The translations under genes were made by a program, and so were the position numbers. This document shows positions 1-14,115 of a DNA stretch of 63,152 bases, in pieces. Source of the DNA: an uncultured Arenicella sp. (lineage in GTDB: Bacteria > Pseudomonadota > Gammaproteobacteria > Arenicellales > Arenicellaceae); NCBI GenBank assembly GCA_963925935.1, contig CAWUWF010000020.1:1-63152 (forward strand). Reading direction: 5' to 3'. The stretch's first letter is position 1. Each line of letters begins with the position of its first letter. Below the pieces are notes generated by a model. The model saw nothing but the letters and a program-made list of their open reading frames with translations. It did no database searches and was not told where the DNA came from.

Positions 1-613
1 TGAAGACACCACCATTGCCGCTTTGGCTGTTGCCTTGCATATTGGGCTGCTTGTAATTCAACCGGGCTTTTCTGGATTGACTAAGGATAGACATCCGAGA
101 TTAAGTATCTCGATCCAACTAGAAAAAAGAGAGCTAGAGAATAAGCTGGCCAAGGGCCTGAACCCAGAACCGAAAACACAAACTTCAAAACGGGCTAAAA
201 CTAGCGTATTTCCTGAAGACGTTATCCTGGCTAAAGCAAGCGTCGAAGATTCTGGACCTGAGCGTAAACCTAGAATTGAATTATCGACTAGCGGAGTAAC
301 TTTTAAGCGTTTTATGCAATCGGAAACGGATCGCAACATTGATTTTAAACAGAATAAACTGAGTGAGTTTTCGGCAACGTTTAAAGCGTATTTTGACCCC
401 CCAGAAACTACTATAGAAACCAACTATCGAGACTTTCAAGGGGTCCTCGGCGGCGGACAGTACAAAGTGTACAAAAACGGCAAAGTAACATGTGTGTTAA
501 GCATGGTACCTCTGTCGTTTGATGATCATGTTTATGGTGCGGGCGGAGGCGCTAGAGACTGCACACCTAAAAAGAAATTCGATCTCAACTTACGCAAAAA
601 CACTCGAGAATAG
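1..613 (+). CDS. Hypothetical protein, 5'-truncated by the window, with a hydrophobic N-terminal segment
   Basis: The frame is open from base 2 (EDTTIAALAVALHIGLLVI), so the TTG at 23 is probably not the real start. A hydrophobic segment is followed by a K/E/P-rich linker and a C-terminal part with two Cys. No family recognised. Confidence 0.6.
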   Translation, partial: EDTTIAALAVALHIGLLVIQPGFSGLTKDRHPRLSISIQLEKRELENKLAKGLNPEPKTQTSKRAKTSVFPEDVILAKASVEDSGPERKPRIELSTSGVTFKRFMQSETDRNIDFKQNKLSEFSATFKAYFDPPETTIETNYRDFQGVLGGGQYKVYKNGKVTCVLSMVPLSFDDHVYGAGGGARDCTPKKKFDLNLRKNTRE

Positions 614-781
614 AAAAGATCTAAGAGCTATAGTCAATAATCGTACTTATAACAAGTCAGGATTATGATCATACTTTCGCTGAGAAAGGCATGTAAACAT
701 GCTGAACAAACGGTTAGAATCGCATCGATTTTCACGTTTTAGTCCCAATCTTTTTCACGCTCAAGGTGTTTTAGTAAGTCT

Positions 782-2662
782 ATGTTCCATTCAGAAGTTT
801 ATGACGTCATTGTTATTGGCGGTGGCCACGCGGGTACTGAAGCAGCATTGGCTTCGGCACGTACCGGCGCGCGCACTTTACTGCTTACGCACAACATTGA
901 AACTATAGGTCAAATGTCCTGTAATCCAGCGATTGGCGGAATTGGCAAGGGGCATATTGTAAAGGAGATAGATGCTCTTGGTGGTGCTATGGCGCACGCC
1001 GCAGATTTGGGCGGCATTCAGTTTCGTACATTAAATGCCCGCAAAGGTCCCGCAGTAAGGGCAACGCGAGCCCAAGCAGATCGCGTTTTATACAAAGCCG
1101 CTATTCGTGAGATGGTTGAAAATCAAGACAACTTAGCCCTGTTTCAACAATCAGCAGACGATTTGATTGTTGAAAATAATAGAGTTACTGGGGTGGTAAC
1201 TCAAATGGGGCTAAAATTTAGAGCAAAGACGGTAGTGCTGACTACGGGTACTTTTCTTGGTGGAATCCTACATATCGGCATGGAGAATTTTCAGGGTGGA
1301 CGAGCAGGAGACCCACCTTCTAATGCGCTTGCGCAACGACTACGGGCAATGCCTTTTCGAGTAGACCGATTAAAAACAGGCACCCCTGCTAGACTCGATG
1401 CGCGCACTATCGACTTTTCAAAACTCGAAGCGCAACCCGGCGATACACCGGTTCCCGTATTTTCCTTTCTGGGAGACGCTGCCAACCATCCGCAACAGAT
1501 CAATTGTTATATTACCCACACCAATAGCAGAACCCATGACATTATTCGTGGTGGTCTGGATCGATCACCCCTTTACGGCGGTGTGATTGAAGGCGTTGGC
1601 CCTCGCTATTGCCCTTCCATTGAAGACAAAATAGTTCGTTTTTCAGACAAAGATTCACACCAAATATTTGTCGAGCCGGAAGGCTTAAAAACCCACGAGG
1701 TATACCCCAACGGTATATCTACGTCTCTGCCCTACGATATTCAATATAAATTTATTCAATCCATTGTTGGTTTTGAGCAGGCCCAAATAGTGCGTCCAGG
1801 ATATGCGATTGAATATGATTTTTTTGATCCTCGTGATCTAAAGCCGACCCTAGAAACCAAGTATGTTGAAGGCCTTTATTTCGCAGGTCAGATCAACGGC
1901 ACCACCGGTTATGAAGAGGCTGCAGGCCAGGGACTATTGGCTGGACTAAATGCGGCTCGCCAATCACGCGATCAGGACGGTTGGTATCCTACTCGAGATC
2001 AAGCTTATATTGGCGTGCTGGTAGATGACCTAATTACCATGGGAACCAAAGAGCCGTATCGAATGTTTACCTCTCGCGCAGAATACCGCTTGATTCTACG
2101 CGAAGACAATGCCGACTTAAGACTGACCGAAGTGGGTCGTGAATTAGGACTGGTTGGCGAGGCTAGATGGGCTGCTTTTTGTCAAAAAAAGGAATCGATT
2201 GAGACAGAAAAGCAACGATTGAATAGTACCTGGTTAAGGGTTGGTACTATTGCGGATGAGCAAGCCGAAAAAATACTAGGCAATACTCTTAAGAAAGAAG
2301 CGAATTTAATGGAGTTGTTGCGCCGACCAGAAGTGACCTACCAAAGCTTGCATACTCTGCCAGGGGCTGGACAAGCGGTAGCAGACCCTAAGGTAGCAGA
2401 ACAGCTAGAAATTCAAGCCAAGTACCATGGTTATATTGAGCGGCAAACAGCAGAAATAGAAAAACATCGACGCAATGAGACCACAAAACTCAACTTAACC
2501 TTCGACTATACGACGGTTACTGGGCTTTCAAATGAAGTTGCACAAAAGCTGAACGACCACAAACCGAGCAATATCGGCCAGGCTTCACGAATTTCAGGGA
2601 TAACGCCTGCGGCTATCTCTTTGTTATTGGTTTACTTGAAAAAACATGGAAAAGCAGCATAG
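782..2662 (+). CDS. mnmG: tRNA uridine-5-carboxymethylaminomethyl(34) synthesis enzyme MnmG (GidA)
   Basis: GGGHAG FAD motif, [37 protein letters not shown] and [14 protein letters not shown]; 626 aa. Confidence 0.99.
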   Translation: MFHSEVYDVIVIGGGHAGTEAALASARTGARTLLLTHNIETIGQMSCNPAIGGIGKGHIVKEIDALGGAMAHAADLGGIQFRTLNARKGPAVRATRAQADRVLYKAAIREMVENQDNLALFQQSADDLIVENNRVTGVVTQMGLKFRAKTVVLTTGTFLGGILHIGMENFQGGRAGDPPSNALAQRLRAMPFRVDRLKTGTPARLDARTIDFSKLEAQPGDTPVPVFSFLGDAANHPQQINCYITHTNSRTHDIIRGGLDRSPLYGGVIEGVGPRYCPSIEDKIVRFSDKDSHQIFVEPEGLKTHEVYPNGISTSLPYDIQYKFIQSIVGFEQAQIVRPGYAIEYDFFDPRDLKPTLETKYVEGLYFAGQINGTTGYEEAAGQGLLAGLNAARQSRDQDGWYPTRDQAYIGVLVDDLITMGTKEPYRMFTSRAEYRLILREDNADLRLTEVGRELGLVGEARWAAFCQKKESIETEKQRLNSTWLRVGTIADEQAEKILGNTLKKEANLMELLRRPEVTYQSLHTLPGAGQAVADPKVAEQLEIQAKYHGYIERQTAEIEKHRRNETTKLNLTFDYTTVTGLSNEVAQKLNDHKPSNIGQASRISGITPAAISLLLVYLKKHGKAA

Positions 2663-2891
2663 GTAGTGACCCTTAAGCCACGTCTGAATAGGCCTTGCAG
2701 AGAGCGTTTAGACCTGATTAAAGGGCTCTTATCTAAAAAGGGTATTTTTATGGCGTTTACCAAAGCATTAGTTTTACGCTTGGGTGTTTCGGCCTCTTTA
2801 ACCTATAATTGATGCCCCCTGTCATATTCGTGGCGCGTTAGTCAATTAGTTATCGGCGCTCAGTTATAAGCACTGAGGAGTAAATTTAACA

Positions 2892-3545
2892 ATGAATAAA
2901 GCAGAACAAGTAATACAAGATTCGCTAGAAGAACGCATTATGCGAGGCTTAGATGCGCTTGATGTGTCTTACGGCAAGGAGGCGATATCCAAACTAGTGA
3001 GTTATATGGAATTGTTGGCCGAGTGGAATAAAACGCATAATCTAACATCGGTTGATGATCTAGATAAAATGCTCGGCGTACATATTTTTGACAGCGCCAG
3101 CATCAAGCCGTATGTGAAAGGAGCGACCCTTTTGGATGTCGGCAGCGGCGCAGGGTTGCCTGGCATGATACTCGCGATTTTGTCTCCAGCGCTTGACGTG
3201 ACGTCGGTGGAAACCAGAGGTAAGAAAGCGCAATTTCAAATGTATGTCTCGAACAAGTTGGGTCTAAAAAACTTTACTGTTGAAAATACACGGATAGAAG
3301 ATTTTGAGCCAAAAGAAAAATTTGCCATGATTACAGCCCGAGCATTCTCGAGCATTGAAAAACTTGTAGAAGGGTCAAAACAGGCTATCGCTGAAAATGG
3401 TCGATGGTTGGCAATGAAAGGAGTGGTACCTGAAGAAGAGCTTAAAGCGGTCAAAAAATTGGGATTAAAATACGATACCTATGCTCTGAAGGTTCCTGAG
3501 TTAGATGCACAACGCAATCTTATCGTTATCTTTGCGTCCAAATAA
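2892..3545 (+). CDS. rsmG: 16S rRNA m7G527 methyltransferase RsmG (GidB)
   Basis: WNKTHNLT, HIFDS, LDVGSGAGLPG, TARAF and LAMKG motifs; follows mnmG; GAGGAG RBS upstream. Confidence 0.97.
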   Translation: MNKAEQVIQDSLEERIMRGLDALDVSYGKEAISKLVSYMELLAEWNKTHNLTSVDDLDKMLGVHIFDSASIKPYVKGATLLDVGSGAGLPGMILAILSPALDVTSVETRGKKAQFQMYVSNKLGLKNFTVENTRIEDFEPKEKFAMITARAFSSIEKLVEGSKQAIAENGRWLAMKGVVPEEELKAVKKLGLKYDTYALKVPELDAQRNLIVIFASK

Positions 3546-3975
3546 GTCGCGGATCAATGCGCTGGTTGTATTACAAAATACGGATAGCACTAAGGGGTGA
3601 CCGTAGTATGCGCTTCGGAGTTCTTCATTCTGAGCGGCGTTATCAGGCAAACTCTTTTTGAAGGAAGTCGTCTTAATCCGAGAACTCCAAATCGTTTTCT
3701 AGCGAGGGTTCAATATTAAGTGGACTGCAAAGAGGGGGCTAAATCGTCGGAGCTGCTTGCCGCCAGAATTTAGAGTTAAAGCATTGTTATGGTGTTTGGG
3801 GCTGACGACAGACTGTCGTTAAAAGGAGCGCGCTATTGGCACAAAAACAGGTTTATTGGCTTGTATATCATCAATAGATTGGTCAAATCATAGATAGCGG
3901 CAAACTAGTTGTGTCGAGTGTAGCCGAAATTTGATACTCTTAGCCCACATTCGAGCGCACCAGATGCTTTATAAA

Positions 3976-4758
3976 ATGGCAAGAGTAATTTCAATCACCA
4001 ATCAGAAAGGCGGCGTTGGTAAAACGACCACCAGTATCAACTTGGCTGCATGCCTTGTTAGGCGCGATAAGCGGATACTGCTCATTGATATGGATCCGCA
4101 AGGCAATTCCACTGTAGGTTGTGGCATCGACGCCAATGATGTGGAAAGCACCATCTATGATCTGCTTCTATTAGAAACAACAGCTCGACAAGCCACCATT
4201 AAAACTGAGTGTGGCGTTGACTTGATCACGGCCAATGGAGATTTGGCTGGTGCTCAAGTAGAGTTGCTAAATGAAATTGGCCGCGAACTTCGTCTACAAA
4301 AAGCACTTATTCCTATTCAAGACGATTACGACTATATCTTCATTGATTGCCCGCCAGCGTTAAACGTTTTGACAATCAATGCCTTGGTTGCATCAGATTC
4401 GGTGATGATTCCGATGCAGTGTGAATACTTTGCCCTAGAGGGCCTAAGCGCGTTGATCTCTACCGTGCGTAAAATTCGCGAAACGCTAAACCCATCACTA
4501 AAGATAGAAGGTTTATTGCGCACCATGTTCGACGGCCGTAATAGTTTATCTAACGAAGTCAGTAAGCAACTCCAAACGCATTTTGGTGATAAGGTATATA
4601 AAACGGTCATTCCGCGCAATGTCCGTTTGGCAGAGGCGCCAAGCTACGGAGAACCCGTGATTACTTATTCCCCTACATCAAAAGGCGCACGTGCTTATTT
4701 AGCTTTGGCCGATGAAATACTAGAGCTGGGTGACATTAACCTAGCTGTGACTGCATAA
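3976..4758 (+). CDS. parA: Chromosome partitioning ATPase ParA/Soj
   Basis: Deviant Walker A NQKGGVGKTT, DMDPQGN, DCPP, QCEYFALEGL and IPRNVRLAEAPSYG. ATG at 3976 (MARVISI) preferred over TTG at 3931. Confidence 0.96.
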   Translation: MARVISITNQKGGVGKTTTSINLAACLVRRDKRILLIDMDPQGNSTVGCGIDANDVESTIYDLLLLETTARQATIKTECGVDLITANGDLAGAQVELLNEIGRELRLQKALIPIQDDYDYIFIDCPPALNVLTINALVASDSVMIPMQCEYFALEGLSALISTVRKIRETLNPSLKIEGLLRTMFDGRNSLSNEVSKQLQTHFGDKVYKTVIPRNVRLAEAPSYGEPVITYSPTSKGARAYLALADEILELGDINLAVTA

Positions 4759-4778
4759 AATCCGAGATAGATCGAATT

Positions 4779-5654
4779 ATGAACTCAAAAAAGAAAAAGA
4801 GACTAGGTCGTGGCTTAGATGCCCTGCTCGGTGGTAGTGGAATAGACACAGCCCAGCAGTCGAATGGTTCTTTGCCAAACTCAAATAACTACCCAACCTC
4901 TCTGCCGGTAGAGAAAATGCAGCGCGGCGAGTATCAGCCCCGAACCAACATGGATCGGGATTCCCTAGAGGAGCTAGCGGCCTCAATTAAATCTCAGGGT
5001 ATTATCCAGCCAATCTTGGTTCGGCCGATTTCGGATGATAGATATGAGATCATTGCTGGTGAGCGTCGTTGGCGTGCGGCGCAAATTGCACAGCTGGCAG
5101 AGGTGCCGGTATTGGTTCGTGATATCCCTGACGAAGCGACCTTGGCGGTTGCCTTAATTGAGAATATTCAACGGGAAAATCTTAACCCGGTCGAGGAAGC
5201 TGCGGGTTTAAAGCGGTTGATGGACGAGTTTGAATTAACCCATGAAGAAATGGCTAAAAGTGTTGGGCGATCGCGTGCAGCGGTCACCAATCTGATTCGT
5301 TTGTTGAGCTTGAGCCATGGCGCTCGACAACTTTTGGAGCACGGTAAAATAGAGATGGGGCACGCTCGCGCCTTGCTTGGCCTGCCGGTCGAAAAGCAAG
5401 ATTACGCTGCCGCCGAAGTTTATGCTAAAAGGCTCTCGGTGCGACAAACAGAAAGTTTGGTTCGCAGTTATACCCAAGCCAAAAAAGCACCAATTAAGAA
5501 CGAAAAAAGCGCTGACATTCAGAGTCTAGAGGAGTCATTGGCAGAAAAGCTGGGTACACGAGTATCCGTTGAAGATAAGAATGGCCGGGGCCGGCTGGTT
5601 ATTGAATATAAAAGCCTGGATATACTCGACGGAATTCTAGAACACATTAGTTGA
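4779..5654 (+). CDS. parB: Chromosome partitioning protein ParB/Spo0J
   Basis: N-terminal LGRGLDALL ParA-activating peptide, GERRWRA arginine patch, ENIQRENL and HTH region SRAAVTNLIRLL. Confidence 0.97.
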   Translation: MNSKKKKRLGRGLDALLGGSGIDTAQQSNGSLPNSNNYPTSLPVEKMQRGEYQPRTNMDRDSLEELAASIKSQGIIQPILVRPISDDRYEIIAGERRWRAAQIAQLAEVPVLVRDIPDEATLAVALIENIQRENLNPVEEAAGLKRLMDEFELTHEEMAKSVGRSRAAVTNLIRLLSLSHGARQLLEHGKIEMGHARALLGLPVEKQDYAAAEVYAKRLSVRQTESLVRSYTQAKKAPIKNEKSADIQSLEESLAEKLGTRVSVEDKNGRGRLVIEYKSLDILDGILEHIS

Positions 5655-5916
5655 GTTTCAGGCTTGCGTGGTTCGCGATTTGTTGAAATCTACAGCTATT
5701 AAAATAGGCTAAATACGTCATTGATTAGACCGCAGGCCCGGTTTGCTGTTGATGGTTTATGTTCGCTCGAGTTGTTTCATCAATACTGCTTTAAAGGCCA
5801 AACAAAACCTTGCTGGTTGTTGGTTATTTGTAGGCAACCGAAAGCTGGGCTACAAAAGCCGAGAGAAGTCTTATTTTCAGTAGTTAAAGAAGCCAACAAA
5901 AAGAATGGTTAGAGCA

Positions 5917-5945
5917 TTGCGAAAACTGTTTTGACCATTTATACT
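5917..5945 (+). promoter_or_regulatory. Probable sigma70 promoter of the atp operon
   Basis: TTGCGA (5917-5922), 17 bp spacer, TATACT (5940-5945), just upstream of atpI. Confidence 0.6.
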
Positions 5946-5971
5946 CCGCGAGCAGTAAAAACGGGCCATTT

Positions 5972-6379
5972 GTGAACCTTTTTATGACCGAAAGATACGC
6001 TAACATAGAACCTAAATCCAAGCCTGGCTTGGTTGTTAAGTTGGCTTTTTTGCAAATGCTTGGCGCAGTCGTTTTCAGCCTCGTTTTGTACTTCTGTTTT
6101 GATGCGCGCGAAGCACTCTCTAGCCTGTTTGGTGGATTGATAGCCGCGGCAGCAAGTTTGTTTTTTGCGGGCCGTTTGTTTGCCACAAAACAAGGAGCTC
6201 CAGCTCAAGAAATACTGTTCCGCTTTTACTTCAGCGAGGCATTTAAAGTGGTATTCACTTTAGTAATGATGGCAATTTGTATCATTGTAGTGAAGGTTTC
6301 GATCTTGCCGTTTATAATCGCCTACCTTCTTGCAGCAGTGATTATTAATTGGCTGTTTTTTTTAGTCCCGGAAACCTAG
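5972..6379 (+). CDS. atpI: ATP synthase protein I
   Basis: Small hydrophobic protein with about 4 TM segments and FYFSEAFK, directly upstream of atpB. Start may be ATG 5984. Confidence 0.85.
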   Translation: MNLFMTERYANIEPKSKPGLVVKLAFLQMLGAVVFSLVLYFCFDAREALSSLFGGLIAAAASLFFAGRLFATKQGAPAQEILFRFYFSEAFKVVFTLVMMAICIIVVKVSILPFIIAYLLAAVIINWLFFLVPET

Positions 6380-6476
6380 GTTTTCCGAGTCGCAAGCACT
6401 TATCGTGTTGGTTGCGTATGCGGCGTTTGTGAAAGAGACAAGCTAGTAAAGAATTTTAATATTTAAGTTTGAGTAA

Positions 6477-7388
<912 letters not shown>

Positions 7389-7403
7389 TCAAAATCGTTT
7401 AGC

Positions 7404-7721
<318 letters not shown>

Positions 7722-7761
7722 AGCTCGCCCTCTAACCAAAAAACATACGAGGAACGAAACG

Positions 7762-8241
7762 ATGAATATTAATGCGACTCTTATAGGTCAAACCTTATCG
7801 TTCTTCCTGTTTGTATGGTTCTGCAAAAAGTATGTTTGGCCGCCCATGGTTAATGCCATGCAAGAGCGTCAAACTCAAATTGCAGACGGTTTAGCCGCGG
7901 CTGAGAAAGGCCAAGAAGCACAAGAAGTAGCGAAACAGGACGCAGCCCAGTTGATTAGCAATGCTAAATCACAGGCTGCTGACATAGTTGCTAGTGCCGA
8001 AAAACGCGGTAACATCGTAGTAGACGAAGCTAAAACCACTGCTACTTCTGAGAAAGAACGCATTATTGCTTCTGCTCAAGCTGAGGTAGAACAAGATATA
8101 CACACCGCCCGTGAAGCATTGCGTGGCCAAGTGTCGTCAATCGCAGTGGCCGCAGCTAGTAAAATTGCCGGCAAAGAAATAGATGAGTCAGCACACGCTG
8201 GTTTGATCGACGATCTTGTCAAGCAACTAAAAGCTAGTTAA
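7762..8241 (+). CDS. atpF: ATP synthase F0 subunit b
   Basis: [10 protein letters not shown]...[13 protein letters not shown]-terminus followed by a coiled coil. Confidence 0.98.
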   Translation: MNINATLIGQTLSFFLFVWFCKKYVWPPMVNAMQERQTQIADGLAAAEKGQEAQEVAKQDAAQLISNAKSQAADIVASAEKRGNIVVDEAKTTATSEKERIIASAQAEVEQDIHTAREALRGQVSSIAVAAASKIAGKEIDESAHAGLIDDLVKQLKAS

Positions 8242-8281
8242 GTAGCATTAGCCTCGTTCGCACACCAAACAGGTAAGAAGA

Positions 8282-8818
8282 ATGGCAAATAACGCATCCA
8301 TTGCTCGACCTTACGCCAAAGCGGTGTTTGATCTAGCGCAAGAAACAAGCTCATTTGATGCTTGGACTACTGCCTTGATCAGCCTAGCTGCAATTGGTAA
8401 CGACGAATCTTTCAAAACGCTGGTCAGTGATCCGCGAGTTGATGGTTCTAACGTTGCCGAATTATTAATTGATCTTTCTAAAAAAACTTTGCCAGAAGGC
8501 GGCGCTAACTTGATTAACTTGTTAGTTCAAAATGATCGCCTTGCTGCACTTAACGACATTGGTCAGCAATACGTTGACCTGGTAGCTAAAGCGCAAGCCT
8601 TAGTAAATGCTGAGGTAGTTAGTGCAATGGCCCTGACGGAAGATCAAAAATCATCACTAACATCTGCTCTTGAAGCACGCCTTGGAATGAAGGTTAAGCT
8701 TGAAGAAACGATTGATGCTGACCTGGTTGGTGGCGCAATTGTTAAAGCCGGCGATATGGTAATTGATGGTTCGGCAAAGGGAAGAATCGAGAAACTTACT
8801 ACCGCATTAATGCGGTAG
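8282..8818 (+). CDS. atpH: ATP synthase F1 subunit delta
   Basis: IARPYAKAVF at the start and LVGGAIVKAGDMVIDGS near the end. Confidence 0.98.
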   Translation: MANNASIARPYAKAVFDLAQETSSFDAWTTALISLAAIGNDESFKTLVSDPRVDGSNVAELLIDLSKKTLPEGGANLINLLVQNDRLAALNDIGQQYVDLVAKAQALVNAEVVSAMALTEDQKSSLTSALEARLGMKVKLEETIDADLVGGAIVKAGDMVIDGSAKGRIEKLTTALMR

Positions 8819-8852
8819 TTGTAGAAACTTTTAACGTTGAGGACTTGCAGTC

Positions 8853-10394
8853 ATGACAACGCAATTAAATCCATCTGAAATCAGCAACCTGATTAAAGAC
8901 AGGATTAAAAACTTTGAAGCATCCGCTGAATCGCGTACCGAAGGTACCGTAGTAAGCTTGACCGACGGCATCGCGCGCATCCACGGATTATCCGAGGCTA
9001 TGCAAGGCGAGATGTTGGAATTTCCGGGTGATATCTATGGCCTAGCGCTGAACCTTGAGCAAGACTCAGTGGGCGCGGTAATCATGGGTAACTACAAAAA
9101 CATTTCAGAAGGCGATACGGTTAAATGTACTGGACGCATCTTGGAAGTACCCATAGGCCCGGCCCTACTTGGTCGTGTGGTAGACACTCTTGGTAATCCA
9201 ATCGACGGCAAAGGTGCTATCGAAACGACTGAAACCGCCCCGATTGAAAAAGTTGCGCCAGGCGTTATCGAACGTCAAGGCGTTGATCAACCTCTCGAGA
9301 CTGGCTTCAAATCAATTGATGCGATGGTGCCAATCGGCCGTGGTCAGCGTGAACTTATCATTGGTGACCGCCAGACTGGTAAAACAGCCGTGGCGATCGA
9401 TGCGATCATCAACCAAAAGCGTAATAACGTTAAATGTATTTACGTAGCGATTGGTCAAAAAGCGTCTTCAGTAGCGACCGTTGTTCGTAAGCTTGAAGAG
9501 CATGGCGCAATGGAATACACCACGGTGGTTGCCGCGAATGCTTCTGATTCTGCCGCGTTGCAGTATCTAGCACCTTACGCTGGTTGCACGATGGGCGAAT
9601 ACTTTCGTGATAACGGCGAAGATGCACTGATTGTCTATGATGATTTGTCCAAACAAGCGGTCGCTTATCGTGAAGTCTCATTATTGCTACGTCGCCCGCC
9701 AGGCCGTGAAGCCTATCCAGGTGACGTATTCTATCTTCATTCTCGTTTGCTGGAGCGTTCCTCGCGCATTAATGAAATTGAAGTAGAGCGCTTAACTGGC
9801 GTAAAAGGTAAAACAGGTTCTTTAACCGCGTTGCCTATCATTGAAACTCAAGCCGGTGACGTATCTGCATTCGTACCAACCAACGTTATTTCGATTACAG
9901 ACGGTCAAATTTTTATGGAAACTGACTTGTTTAACTCGGGTATTCGTCCTCCAGTAGATCCTGGTTTGTCGGTATCTCGTGTAGGTGGTGCAGCGCAAAC
10001 TCACATTATTAAGAAATTGGGTGGCGGTATTCGTCTGGCACTTGCGCAATATCGTGAATTAGCAGCGTTCTCACAGTTTGCATCTGATCTTGACGAAGCA
10101 ACTCAAGCACAACTTGCCCGTGGTGAGCGTGTTACCGAGTTAATGAAGCAAGGGCAGTACTCACCAATGTCAACAGCCCAAATTGCACTATCATTGTTTG
10201 CTGCAAATGAAGGTTATTTCGATGACGTTGAGAAATCCCAAGTTGGGGTTTGTGAAGCAGCCATGCAAGCACATGTGAAAGCGAACTTTGGAGCCTTGAT
10301 CGATGGTATCGATGAGACGCCTAAGTTAACAGATGAAGTTATTGAAGGTCTGCATGCAGCCTTAAAAGACTTTAAGGCCAACGGTAGCTTTTGA
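8853..10394 (+). CDS. atpA: ATP synthase F1 subunit alpha
   Basis: GDRQTGKT Walker [24 protein letters not shown] and [10 protein letters not shown]. Confidence 0.99.
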   Translation: MTTQLNPSEISNLIKDRIKNFEASAESRTEGTVVSLTDGIARIHGLSEAMQGEMLEFPGDIYGLALNLEQDSVGAVIMGNYKNISEGDTVKCTGRILEVPIGPALLGRVVDTLGNPIDGKGAIETTETAPIEKVAPGVIERQGVDQPLETGFKSIDAMVPIGRGQRELIIGDRQTGKTAVAIDAIINQKRNNVKCIYVAIGQKASSVATVVRKLEEHGAMEYTTVVAANASDSAALQYLAPYAGCTMGEYFRDNGEDALIVYDDLSKQAVAYREVSLLLRRPPGREAYPGDVFYLHSRLLERSSRINEIEVERLTGVKGKTGSLTALPIIETQAGDVSAFVPTNVISITDGQIFMETDLFNSGIRPPVDPGLSVSRVGGAAQTHIIKKLGGGIRLALAQYRELAAFSQFASDLDEATQAQLARGERVTELMKQGQYSPMSTAQIALSLFAANEGYFDDVEKSQVGVCEAAMQAHVKANFGALIDGIDETPKLTDEVIEGLHAALKDFKANGSF

Positions 10395-10414
10395 TTCACG
10401 CCGCTGTATAGCAA

Positions 10415-10432
10415 AGGTCGCTTCGGCGGCCT
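10415..10432 (+). other. Intercistronic hairpin with a cUUCGg tetraloop between atpA and atpG
   Basis: AGGTCGC-TTCG-GCGGCCT stem-loop without a U-tract; likely an mRNA stability or processing element. Confidence 0.5.
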
Positions 10433-10478
10433 GCGCTGAAGGCTCAGAACCAATCAAATATAATTCAAGAGATTATTT

Positions 10479-11345
10479 ATGGCAGTCGGTAAAGAAATTC
10501 GCGATCAGATCACCAGCGTAAAAAGTACGCAGAAGATCACCAAAGCCATGGAAATGGTGGCGGCGAGTAAAATGCGCAAAGCGCAAGATCGTATGTTAGC
10601 GGCCCGACCTTACGCACAAAAAATTCGTTCGGTGGTAGCGCATATTGCAAAGGCGAATTTAGAGTATAAGCACCCTTTCACCATTGAACGGGAAGTGAAG
10701 CGCGTAGGATATGTGGTTGTAAGTTCTGATCGAGGGTTGTGTGGCGGACTAAACATGAACGTATTTCGTAAGACCATGGGTGACATGGTTGAATGGGATG
10801 CTAAAAATGTAGAGATTGACATTGCCACCATTGGCTCCAAAGCATTGGCTTATTTTCGTCGTGCAGGCGGTAAAGTTATATCCGAAGCATCTCACTATGG
10901 TGATAAACCGAATCTGTCTGATTTACTCGGTGCAATTAATTCAATGTTGAGTGCTTATGAAGCCGGCACTATCGATCGTTTATACGTGGTGTCGAATCAA
11001 TTTGTCAATACCATGACGCAATCACCAAGATCATTGCAATTGCTGCCTGTGCAAGCAGACGAGGTTGCGACGTCAGAAGTTCCAGCCTTATTTGACTATA
11101 TCTACGAGCCAGAAGCTAAGCCAATTTTAGATACGGTATTAAAGCGCTATATCGAATCGCAGATTTATCAATCGGTAGTAGAAAACATCGCTTGTGAGCA
11201 GTCTGCACGAATGGTCGCGATGAAATCAGCCAGTGATAATGCCGGCGATTTGATTGGTGAGTTGGAGTTGGTTTACAACAAAGCTCGTCAGGCGGCAATT
11301 ACTCAAGAAATCTCAGAGATTGTTTCAGGGGCTTCGGCAGTATAG
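10479..11345 (+). CDS. atpG: ATP synthase F1 subunit gamma
   Basis: [23 protein letters not shown] and [20 protein letters not shown]. Confidence 0.99.
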   Translation: MAVGKEIRDQITSVKSTQKITKAMEMVAASKMRKAQDRMLAARPYAQKIRSVVAHIAKANLEYKHPFTIEREVKRVGYVVVSSDRGLCGGLNMNVFRKTMGDMVEWDAKNVEIDIATIGSKALAYFRRAGGKVISEASHYGDKPNLSDLLGAINSMLSAYEAGTIDRLYVVSNQFVNTMTQSPRSLQLLPVQADEVATSEVPALFDYIYEPEAKPILDTVLKRYIESQIYQSVVENIACEQSARMVAMKSASDNAGDLIGELELVYNKARQAAITQEISEIVSGASAV

Positions 11346-11449
11346 CTGTCTAATTGCGACGTTTGCTTTGCAAACAGGCCGCTAGTGGCTTCAAGTTGAA
11401 CAGTTGAAGACTCTTTAGAAAGTATTAGTTTAGGTAAGAAAAAATTTAA

Positions 11450-12853
<1,404 letters not shown>

Positions 12854-12864
12854 CGGGTAAAGAG

Positions 12865-13281
12865 ATGAACACAATGCAAGTTGAAGTAGTTAGCGCTGAG
12901 CAAGAAATCTTCTCGGGTGAAGCAACTATGTTGATCGCAACCGCCGTCTCTGGTGAGCTGGGTATATACCCACATCACACACCATTGCTAACCAATCTGA
13001 AGCCTGGTGATGTGCGAATCCAAATTGAAGGTGGCGAAGAGCTGGTTATCTACGTTTCGGGCGGTATTTTGGAAGTGACGCCAAAGAAGATTACGGTCTT
13101 GTCTGACACCGCAATTCGCGCGGATGATCTCGACGAAGCGGCCGCCCTTGAAGCTCAGCGTAAAGCGGAACAAGCCTTGAAAGACAGCACCGCTGATATC
13201 AATTACGCAAAAGCTAAAGTAGAGTTGGTTCAAGCTGTGGCCCAGCTACAGGCATTGAGGAAAATGCGCAAAACTCGTTAA
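12865..13281 (+). CDS. atpC: ATP synthase F1 subunit epsilon
   Basis: [25 protein letters not shown] and YVSGGILEV. Confidence 0.98.
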   Translation: MNTMQVEVVSAEQEIFSGEATMLIATAVSGELGIYPHHTPLLTNLKPGDVRIQIEGGEELVIYVSGGILEVTPKKITVLSDTAIRADDLDEAAALEAQRKAEQALKDSTADINYAKAKVELVQAVAQLQALRKMRKTR

Positions 13282-13309
13282 TTTGCCTGGCGCTTTCTCA
13301 AGGTTGTTC

Positions 13310-13346
13310 AAAAAGCCTGCTTTTCTATTAGAGAGCAGGCTTTTTT
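13310..13346 (+). terminator. Rho-independent terminator of the atp operon
   Basis: AAAAAGCCTGCT...AGCAGGCTTTTTT hairpin with a T-tract, 29 nt after the atpC stop. Confidence 0.85.
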
Positions 13347-13373
13347 ATTGTCGGCTAACCAATCGGCACCATC

Positions 13374-13402
13374 TTGATAACAAGCCTAAACGCCGTTATA
13401 TT
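13374..13402 (+). promoter_or_regulatory. Probable sigma70 promoter for lemA
   Basis: TTGATA (13374-13379), 17 bp spacer, TATATT (13397-13402), between the atp terminator and lemA. Confidence 0.5.
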
Positions 13403-13453
13403 TGGTGTAAGCTTTAGGGAATCTCCAATCAGCATTAATCGAGGGTCATACAT

Positions 13454-14041
13454 ATGGGTACTGGAACCGTTTTACTAATTGTTTTTGTTGGCATCATATT
13501 TTTTGGTGTTGGCATGTACAATCGCCTCGTCGCAGCTCGAAATGGATATAAAAATGCGTTTGCGCAGATAGATGTTCAGCTTACCCGTCGCCATGACCTT
13601 ATACCCAATTTGGTAGAAACAGCAAAGGGCTACATGGCACATGAAAAGGACACTTTAGAAGCCGTGATTAACGCTCGCAATTCAGCGGTTTCTGGCTTGA
13701 ATGCGGCTAAAGCTGACCCCAGCAACCCAGAGGCAATGAAGCAGTTAGGCCAAGCAGAACAAGGTCTAAGTGGCGCCTTGGGAAAATTATTCGCACTTTC
13801 TGAATCTTACCCGGATCTGAAAGCCAACGAAAATATGATGCAACTGTCGGAAGAGTTAACCACCACCGAGAACAAGGTGTCGTTCGCGCGTCAGGCCTAT
13901 AATGACATGGTAATGATGTACAACAACCTGCGAGAGCAGTTCCCAAGCAACTTCATTGCAAATTGGTTTACCTTTAAGAGCGCAGAATTGCTTGAATTAG
14001 AAGACGAAGCGATGAAGACAGTTCCAAAAGTTTCATTCTAG
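13454..14041 (+). CDS. lemA: LemA family protein
   Basis: N-terminal TM, IDVQLTRRHDLIPNLVETAKGY, ESYPDLKAN and ENKVSFARQAYND. Confidence 0.95.
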   Translation: MGTGTVLLIVFVGIIFFGVGMYNRLVAARNGYKNAFAQIDVQLTRRHDLIPNLVETAKGYMAHEKDTLEAVINARNSAVSGLNAAKADPSNPEAMKQLGQAEQGLSGALGKLFALSESYPDLKANENMMQLSEELTTTENKVSFARQAYNDMVMMYNNLREQFPSNFIANWFTFKSAELLELEDEAMKTVPKVSF

Positions 14042-14115
14042 GAGCGGATTTTCCGCCAGAGCTTCGTTGTAAGCATATTCGCTTCGTCATTTACTAGAAA
14101 TAAACGTAACTATCC

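Noticed and set aside
614-781. oriC upstream of mnmG
   Set aside because: The gap is short, with no consensus DnaA boxes or 13-mer repeats.
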